NCBI RefSeq assembly: GCF_001194135.2
Contig: NC_068992.1
Location: 15,811,298-15,855,495 of the forward strand
Direction of reading: 5' to 3'
Source of the DNA: Octopus bimaculoides
Lineage: Eukaryota
DNA length: 44,198 bases
Part shown: positions 35,411-44,198 of the stretch, one piece after another
How positions within the stretch are numbered: position 1 is the stretch's first letter
Layout: each line of letters starts with the position of its first letter
The notes under the pieces: generated by a model
The model's database searches: none
What the model was told of the DNA's origin: nothing
Seen by the model: only the letters and a program-made list of their open reading frames with translations
Made by a program: the position numbers and the translations under genes

Positions 35411-35914
35411 AGACAAGTGTTCATGAAGTGGAACAACTCTGTTTTCCAATATGTGCCTATATTAAAAACAAATCTTTGATCAAGATTTCATATCAGAGAA
35501 GGAATGGATATCAGAAAGGTTTTCCTAGCAATACTCTAACATTGTATATAGAACTAGACTTCTAATATCAACTATGCCATTACATTTGATACCATCAAAC
35601 AAATGTAGTACTATTGATATAATTGCAACACCCAACCATTAGCAATACCAAAGTTTCCCATTATAGTTTTTGTTGATACAAATGCACCAAAGACCTATAG
35701 ACAGCTAACACTATATAAACACAGAACAGCTAATACTATAAAAACACAGAAATTGTATTCATGTAAGAAAACAATCATAGAGACATGCGTAAACAAAAAA
35801 GCTCCAGGTCACAGCTATCCATTTAATAGTAGATGCAATATATGTATGCATGTATGTATGTATGTATGTATGTATGTATGTATGCATGTATGTGTGTATG
35901 TAAAAATGAATAAT

Positions 35915-36036
35915 AAAAAACATTAACGGACAACAAGACGACGTGCACAAGGAATGTATTAGTTTGACGCTCGGTGAAAAGAGAGACTTTGATGTTTCAA
36001 GCATAGATCTTCGGGTTAGGGTTAGGGTTAGGAAAG
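35915..36036 (-). mobile_element. Dispersed hammerhead-like repeat (copy 3), interrupted by (TTAGGG)n
   Basis: ATGTATTAGTTTGACGCTCGG...GACTTTGATGTTTCAAGCATAGATCTTC is homologous to copies 1 and 2. GGGTTAGGGTTAGGGTTAGG at 36013-36032 replaces the consensus AACAG. Confidence 0.65.
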
Positions 36037-36815
36037 AAGGGAGGGAAAAGTGCTGAAGTATATGTATACGTATGTGTGTATCGAACTCAAAAACTCATAG
36101 TTGGGTAGTAAACGTCTAAACAGTTTAGGAACATGCGAATCCAGGACTACATATTACTCACCATATTCTGGGCTGCACCTCCACAAGATTTTACTTTTTT
36201 TTTTTCTAGCGATACATCGCTACTGGCACTTCTTGAAGACTTCGGTGCTCACCAAAGTACAACTGTTTTCACAACAGCAGCACCGAAGTAATTAATCATT
36301 CCTCTACAAACAACAGGACCACCACNNNNNNNNNNNNNNNNNNNNNNNNNNNNNNNNNNNNNNNNNNNNNNNNNNNNNNNNNNNNNNNNNNNNNNNNNNN
36401 NNNNNNNCCACCATCTCCACCGCCGGTAACAACAATAACAACAACAACAACATCAACATCAACAGCATACCGTACTTCCCGACTTCTCTTCCTCTGTTCT
36501 AAAACTCTTCTGTCAGGTAAGTGACACTACAGGGATTCATTCAGCGTGAATTGTATTTTGTTTGGCTGCTGCCAATAGAAATTTCTAGATCAACTGATTT
36601 CATTTTACAAGTGTGATGTGATATTAGAGTAAATAAAACAAGTAAAGGGAACACTAATTACATTGACAAGAATGAATTTTAAGAGGAAAATGTATTGGTC
36701 AGAGGGAGATGTGTATTGGCAGAAAGTGATAATAGCAGAGAAATCGATACATTTTAATATCAAACTTCAGCTGAAAGTTAAAAAGAAAATGTGTATGTTT
36801 GTTTGGGTGGATGTG

Positions 36816-36901
<86 letters not shown>

Positions 36902-36997
36902 AATAAATAAATAAATAAATGTACACACACACACATACATACCTACATTGAAACGTGCACACATGAAAAGTTACATACACACGAAGCGCATATATAT

Positions 36998-37301
36998 ATA
37001 CGAACCCATGGAAAACAAACCTCACCCAGCTATTCTGATTATATGTCTGTGCACACGTTTGAATGTGGTGTGTGCCAGAGGGTTTGCAAATCCAATGGGG
37101 GTCTTAAAAGACATGTTAGGATCCACAATGAGCAGAACTTACTTGCAGGTATTGGCAGTGCAAATCAGAGGTGCAATCTGTGTGGGTGTTTTTTCAAAAC
37201 ACTGTCTGGTTTAAAAAGCCACATCAGACGCCATGAAAGGGCTAAGGTGTAGGTGCAGGAGGTGGTCAAACTCTGTTTAAGGAGTAGACAACCACCACCA
37301 T
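36998..37301 (+). mobile_element. 5'-truncated RTE-like LINE 3' end encoding tandem C2H2 zinc fingers
   Basis: Open frame IRTHGKQ...FECGVCQRVCKSNGGLKRHVRIH...RCNLCGCFFKTLSGLKSHIRRH* (stop at 37250-37252), then a short 3' UTR with the GTC..CTC-loop-GAG..GAC stem and an (ACC)/(TA) tail. The 5' end starts abruptly in a TA tract. Confidence 0.65.
37043..37252 (+). CDS. 69-aa ORF with two intact C2H2 zinc fingers (probably LINE-derived)
   Basis: Two Cx2Cx12Hx3H motifs. Expression is not shown by the sequence. Confidence 0.5.
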   Translation: MSVHTFECGVCQRVCKSNGGLKRHVRIHNEQNLLAGIGSANQRCNLCGCFFKTLSGLKSHIRRHERAKV

Positions 37302-37314
37302 ATATATTTAAGAT

Positions 37315-38040
37315 GAAAAGAGATGGAATGTACCAACAAAAAAATTTATATTACCACAACAATTGTTTCATCCTCAAGATGTACTTCTCCTTTGTGGGCG
37401 TGGAACGATGCAATAGCACCAGATGCAACGCAGAACCTACAGAACCTACATAACCTTCACACCAACAACATGTTGAATCCACAACCAATTATAACTGGAA
37501 TGATATGACAACCACTACACAACTCCCGGTCAACAACAATGGCCACAAATTGGTGCACTTTCAGTGCTAAATTTCATTGCCCATTGGATAATTTATTTGC
37601 CCACTGGATAATCTTTGCATGACTCATAACATCGTCTATAAATGCACTGTGCATATGAGGGGAGGCTCTTATGTGTACGTTGGTGCTGCGCCTGATTCTT
37701 TCAAGATTCGATATAGAAATCATGTTTCTGGTTTAAAAAACAAACTGAACAAGAAACACGTGACATCACTAGTGGATTTTCTTTGGCAACTGAAAGCCGA
37801 CAGGATTACATATGAGATTTCATGGTCACTTATACGAAATATGCAAAACGATACAACACACATTCTGGGACCTGTGGATTGTGCTCTGAAGAATCCCTAT
37901 CAATATTGCTTACCAGGGAAAAGGTCATTGATAAATTTATTGAACGGATTACACGTTGTTTACATGCCATGAAAGCTACCATCAAACATTACCTCCCTGT
38001 AAACACAGTACCGAACTGCCATAATCCACATTGAACATCA
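37315..38040 (+). pseudogene. Penelope-like element: GIY-YIG endonuclease relic
   Basis: CPLDNLCMTHNIVYKCTVHMRGGSYVYVGAAPDSFKIRYRNH..TSLVDFLWQLK..YEISWSLI, then after a frameshift YAKRYNTHSGTCGLCSEESLSIL..ERITRCLH. This matches the CPLxxxC..IVY..YxG..FKxRYxNH..LxxYxWxLK..CxLCxxE pattern of PLE endonucleases. Confidence 0.85.
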
Positions 38041-39494
38041 TGCTATCATTCTATATACTGCTATGTGCCCATGGACAGGTGTGTGAGATTTCATCCATGA
38101 GCTGTTTAGTGTTCTGTGCCTGCATGTGTGTTTGAGTGGTCTTGTGTGCGTGTGTGTGTGTGTGTGCAATCTGTGTGCATGTATGTGCAGAGTCAACGTG
38201 TCTCTATATGCCTCTGTGTGTATATGTGTGCTGAGTGGTAGTCCCTGGTGTGTACTGATGTGTACATGTGTATATCTATGTATGAACGTGTGTGTGTATA
38301 ATTGTGCGAGTGTTTAAGCAGACATGTGATACTGAGGGTGTTAATATGCATTTAGATTTGTATTTCCTGTGGTGTGGGTGTGAGTGGGACGTGTGTGAGT
38401 GGGTTCTGTGAGCATTGCTTGAAGGTGTGGGAGAATGGTAGAATGACCAGTAAAATTGGCCGTTGCGGACATTAAGGAGTAGAGTTAGGTTAAGAATTTA
38501 GTTTGGGAGAGGGTGTCATGTGATATTTATGATCAGCGTCCCGTGTGAAATTGGAGTCAGCCACACTGGTTCTTTCTGAGGCTGGAGATGATGTGTAGCT
38601 GATTAAAGTGTAAAATTATTATACTAGTCTTAGTAATGTGGGTATCTGGGAGAGAAGCGAAGATAAAGTAAAGATAAAAGAATAAAGAAAAAGGAAAAAA
38701 TAAAGAGTAGACAGTATAGAAATATATATTCGTGCATAAATAAAGCCAAATAAGTATAGGGTCGGGTTTAGGATTCGCTAGTTAAGGCTAAATATCGAAG
38801 AGATGAGGGCAGAGCTATCACAAGATTCTTCAGGGGTATTCTTCAGCCACGTCCTTGTTTTATTGGAATATCCTTTTGTTTTTGAAATTATGTTTCATCT
38901 GATGATTGCGGTTTTTTGTAATGAAGTAATGTTCTCATTCTTCTATTTAAAAAATGTGTAAGAAACAGATGTAATGTGCTGACAATTATCCATCGTTTGC
39001 TCAAGTGGTCCATATAAGTTGCATACAATATTTTTCAAATTAGTGGATGTAAAACACTGCTGTCCGTTTGTTGATACACACACACAGAGACACAGACACA
39101 CGCACACATACACATACACACAGACACAGACACAGACACACGCACACATACACATACACACACATATGGTGCAAGTTAATAAGAACGCTAAAACGAGGTG
39201 AAAAAGCAACAAATAATGCCATTAGGTAGTTTTACGTTCAGAAAAAAATCTCTGAATTTAAAGTTGAGGCGCACACACATACATAAATATCTATATATTT
39301 TTAAATTATAGGAATAAATAAAAAAATAAATATCGCGAAAATATTTCGTTTAACCAAGACAATTGGGAAAGGTCTAAGTCAAAGCGAGAAAACGCATATT
39401 TACTTCAATAATAGATGAAATTAAATATCTCACCGTTGCCTTTGACGATCAGAATTCAGATGTTTATTAATTCAATTACAAGCTTATTGAGTTA

Positions 39495-39610
39495 GCATTG
39501 CAGTGACTGGCTGTTCTACAGAGACTTGCACACGTTACTTCATGTTGGGACAGAACCAGCGTGCTACAGTGTGCTACAGTACTGGCGTCTTGAATTACAG
39601 GTAGCAAGCG
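39495..39610 (-). mobile_element. Old SINE family C/D 3'-half fragment
   Basis: GTGACTGGCTGTTCTACAGAGAC..CAGCGTGCTACAGTGTG..TTGAATTACAGGTA is colinear with 8960-9062. Confidence 0.5.
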
Positions 39611-39837
39611 TCTAAGATGCTTCTATAAAGTTTTCGTCTATCCAGTTTTAGCCTTATGTCCAAATCGACCAGAAGCTATAATTAACTCATGTCTTTCGCA
39701 TTCTACACAATAGATTTGGAGAGGGAACGCGTAATTCTTAATTTGGCCATACTGTGCCCAGAATTCTCCCTCTCTTCACTCTCACTCTCTCACCCTCTCT
39801 CCACTCTCACTCTCTCACCCTCTCTCTCTTCAGCTAT

Positions 39838-39871
<34 letters not shown>

Positions 39872-40234
39872 ATATATGTGTGTGTACCTGTACACACACA
39901 CACATGCACTTACATACTCACACACGTATACGCACATATTTACATACACATTATCTAATAAGGGATGTAATATATACATGTGAATGTATAGTATACGTGA
40001 TGTAAACATTACATTCGTTTTAATCTGCAGTCGTGATCAGCCAAAGGCGAAAATTGGGTGGACTGTCATGCATATCTATCTATATGAATGTATGAATGTA
40101 TGTATGTACGTACGTATGTATGCATGTATGTACGTACGTGTGTATGTATGCACGTATGCATGTGTGTGTGTGTATGTACGTTTGTATCTATCTATCTATC
40201 TATCTATCTGTCTGTCTGTCTGTCTGTCTGCTTG

Positions 40235-40302
<68 letters not shown>

Positions 40303-41059
40303 CTCCTATGTGTCTATACATAATATACATATATAGTATCTATATGCTTATAAATACATACGTATGTATATCTATATACACACAAGCACGCACACACAGA
40401 CACACACACACACATACCCTTACATTAAGGAAATGTTCAAGAAATTGCGGAAAGGCAACTTAAGATTCAAAAGAAACACACATATTTTGGAAACTACAGA
40501 GATCACGATTTTAAATCTATTTTACATTCTCGAATCTTCCAATGAACACACCATCACGTGCATTGTCTTCAAATTGTGAGAAACTTGTACGATAGCACAT
40601 TCTTTATAAACGACAATGAAGCTTTACAATAAGAACGCCTCAAAAATTACGTTAGGAACCATAAATATATGAATGTATTGAATTTGTGTAGTTCAATGAT
40701 TGAATGAGTACAGTTTTAACTTCTGAACAGGCAAAGTACAATTTAGATATACGGAGTTCGTATCTGAACGACTGCGGGACTGAATCGACAAAATTTATGA
40801 AAGAAATGAGCAGAGTAATACGAAGACTATATATGAGTTTTAAGAAAGCTCGTGCTAATTGAAACTTGAGCTCGACCAATACTGTCAGAAATCTATGCTA
40901 TCTATAAGGAAATGCCTATGTATGTATGTGTGTATGTATGTATGTATGTATGTATGTTTTTGCCGGAGTCTCCTTCCATTCACAAGTTCTGCATAGAGCA
41001 TCGGCTTAGGAATCCTGCTATCCTTCATTCAAGATATCAGCTGTCCCCAGGACCTGTGT

Positions 41060-41329
41060 GTCTGGAATTTTTGAGGTCCAGCCAACATTAAGAGTGTGTC
41101 TGAGACATCTCTGATGAAAGCGTTCAAGGACACTTACCTGACGTTTGTACAGAGTCCATGTATAGTGAATGGGGAAAGCTTTGTCTGCAATGTTTGCAGT
41201 CGTGTATGCTTGTCATTAGCCACCAACGGAGCCGCAAATGCAAAATATAAGTTAGTCCTAGAGCGCACAATGTTCATGAAGGTCGGCAATTGTCTTCCTC
41301 GATCACGAGTGGACGGCCATCATAATCAT
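41060..41329 (+). mobile_element. RTE-clade LINE 3' end relic
   Basis: MKAFKDTYL (KRFKDTLK-like), ESFVCNVCSRVCLSL (degenerate CxxCxRxCxS zinc knuckle), and a 3' end GTCTTCCTCGATCACGAGTGGACGGCCATCAT followed by (TATG)n. Confidence 0.65.
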
Positions 41330-41334
41330 GTATG

Positions 41335-41368
<34 letters not shown>

Positions 41369-41412
41369 TGTATGTATGTATGTATGTATGTATGTATATA
41401 TATATATATTAA

Positions 41413-41725
41413 TGACACTCCGTTGGTTGCAACGACGAGTGCTCCATTTGGTCCGATCAATGGAACACCTGCTCGTGAAACAAACTTGCAAGAGGCTGAG
41501 TACTCCACGCACGCACGTACCTTTAACGTAATTTTTAGGAGATTCAACGTGACACAGAATGCGACAAAGATTAGCCTTCTGAATTACAGGTAGCATTCAT
41601 TTTTGTCAACTGAGTAGACTGAAGCAAGGCGAAATAAAGTGTCTTGCAGAGAGACGCAACATACTGCCAGTGATCGAACTCACAAGCTTAAGATCATGAG
41701 ATGAATATCATAACCACTGAGTCAT
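41413..41725 (-). mobile_element. SINE family D, diverged near-full copy
   Basis: Colinear with 25331-25651 along its whole length. Confidence 0.8.
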
Positions 41726-42073
41726 TATATATACACAATTATCTCCTTTTACAAAGAGATTTATATTTTGTTAGCAAATGGAGATTCTTGAATCGCTATT
41801 TCGAAATTCATGTGACCAAATACTGCGACCATTTGAAGAAAAATAGCGTAACAATATATAAATTTTCCTAAACTCGCTGAAATTCGATTAACTGCAATAA
41901 ACAAATATGTCACACATATCCATTTCCTAACTTAGAGACAAAAACGGTAATTTTTTGATCGACACACCCCTATTGTTTTTTTGTTTTTTTTTCCTTCCCC
42001 CTCACCAAAAGAAAAGCTCTACATTGTATCTGTCCCATCTTCGTTGAGCCCTGTGTGGCTAATAAAAGAAATG

Positions 42074-42104
<31 letters not shown>

Positions 42105-42158
42105 TATGTACGCGTGTATACATGTATGTGTGTATGTATGTATGCATCTATCTATTTA

Positions 42159-42203
<45 letters not shown>

Positions 42204-44198
42204 AAGCGAATATATTTTGTCGTTTCAGGTTTTATTACGTAACAGTCGTAAAAGTAAAGAATCTATTACTTTTTATCTTTCTTTATCACATATGTGTGTA
42301 TGTGTCTGTGTATGTGTGCTTGTGTGTTTGTGCACGTGCGTATGTATGTATATTTATACATACATATAAACGTATACTTAAGTGTAAATGTATGTGTATC
42401 TATATTTGTATATGTCTGGGAGTATATAAATGCGTATATGTGTGTGTGAGTGAGTATGTTTGTGTGTATACATACATGCGTACACACATTTATTATATAT
42501 ACTCACATTTTTATATATATATCTTATGTGACCTTACTTGTATTGTATATTTCATTTTAACTATTTTATTATCTTACTTAGATCCTTCTAATTAAAATTG
42601 ATGTTGACTAATTAATTCAGAAATGCATAGAATAATACTTCCAAGACTCCATTCCGTTTTCGGCATTGCTCTGTATCCATAGCTAAATCTGTTACCTCGC
42701 ATTGTAATCAGGGAGCCATATTAACTCCTTGTCCTTTTTTTAATGAGAATTTTAGACAGCCGTAAACGTAAACGTTTCCGACAGCAGCTCCCCCTATTGT
42801 ATAAAATTGCATTGTTACCGTATTCAAATCATTAATTGTAATACAAAACGGCATTTCAAGGCAAGTGCGTAAATTTTATTTCACTTCTCGCCGAACTTCC
42901 TCTTAAACAGAAATTCACCATGAGAATAAGAGCGCACTGGGATTTATGGGTTACGCATCCACTTATACACAACTAGACTTCAAAATCCACTCTGGGAACA
43001 GAGAAAAAGACATTCACATGCATGCTTCCTCCCAAAGCACCCATGCATTCACACATGCAAACTAGAACGGTTACAGACTTTTACACACACACACACACAC
43101 AAGAAGAGTTTAAGAGCTTATGAGTATATTTCGATGAATGTTTCGTGGATATTGTTTCGATTCTGTGATTAGTGTTCAAATTCTGCAGAGTTCAACTCGG
43201 CCTTCCACCTAGAAAGATTTATGAACTGGTGGGGCTATAAAAAGATCAGGCCAGATTCCTTGCACTATCTGCTCCCACTCTTGCTTTCTGAAAGAAACCA
43301 GCCTTCGTCGACGCAGGTCCTCAGCTGCGTTTCTTTGGGATAAATATCGGTGGCGTGAAGAGAGGACACTTGCATGTATGGGTAACTGTTAGACTTATTC
43401 CACAAAGTCTTCCCTAGGCCTGCGTAGACATGTGCAGATGTATGGTTAATCTTGGAATCTTGACCATCGGAGACCTTTTATGTGAATCCAGAAGGGATGT
43501 GCTAAATGATGTACAGAAAAGCATTTCAATTAATTGAAATTTACCTCTCAGTTAAGGAAAGAAAACCAAAGCCTAACGGTAGTTGCTACAGGTTCTCAAG
43601 CAAAATGTGAACATAATTACAGGATAATTAGCAAAGTACTTAATTTCATGAAATAAATTTAGAAACAGAAGAAAATGTGATCTTTCTTAGTAGGTAATAA
43701 CATAGCTGCAGGCACGTTTCGGTGTTATTCGGCCGCGTCAGTAAGTTCTATTTTGTTGTTCAGACTTAATAACAAATTTTCAATTAATTGAGAATCTGTA
43801 TGCATACGACATTCAATTACGTAACCTCATAACATATTTATCTAAATTTAACCATTAGCCCACTTGAATTATTTCCCGTCCTTCAGTACGTTCGTTAATT
43901 GTGTAATATATGTGTGTGTATACAAACGCAAGCACACATACACATCTCTATATATAAAGAATAAGTTGATAAAATGATAGTTTAAGCGTGGGTATTGCAC
44001 CTGCTCACAAAATATATATTTTTACAACAGAAAATTATCGATTATTCGAAAGAGCTCCAAAAATATGAACTGATTTCATCATGTAAAATGCGTACACACG
44101 TTTTCATATAAATACATCCCTTATGCTTCTTCTCGTTTGTCTGCTTCCTCCTCTTTCCCTCTCCCTCTCTCTCTATGTATATATATATATATATATAT

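Noticed and set aside
35701-35750. 25-bp tandem duplication (similar short ones at 4886-4925, 7641-7676, 9713-9730, 18039-18066, 39561-39581)
   Set aside because: Ordinary slippage duplications, common throughout this repeat-rich DNA.
43713-43741. Hammerhead-like CTGACGC-GG...CC-GAAAC-GTG on the minus strand
   Set aside because: A9 and the cleavage base are non-permissive and no helix I can be formed.

Overview
Eukaryotic, AT-rich, gene-poor genomic DNA from a short-read assembly, with 8 N-gaps that are mostly flanked by (TA)n. The very dense (CA)n, (TA)n, (TATC)n, (TATG)n and (ATT)n tracts and the tRNA-derived SINE families point to an octopod cephalopod, probably Octopus (recognition from memory, not a database result). 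I can support no intact host protein-coding gene. Most six-frame ORFs are microsatellite or N-gap artefacts. The window is a layered collection of transposon remains: at least four tRNA-headed SINE families; four Tc1/mariner-superfamily relics (Tc1-like, mariner fragments, a maT-like element); 3' ends of CR1/L2-group and RTE LINEs, one carrying tandem C2H2 zinc fingers; a Penelope-like GIY-YIG relic; a probable HERO/R2-group restriction-like endonuclease relic; a decayed Helitron RepHel; and a Helentron-like non-autonomous element. The most interesting signal is a set of minimal type-I hammerhead-ribozyme-like motifs on the minus strand. They sit in a dispersed, TA-microsatellite-associated non-coding repeat (three copies, one with TTAGGG repeats inside the catalytic core) and in two further repeats. 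All homology calls come from manual translation and motif recognition and need confirming by search.
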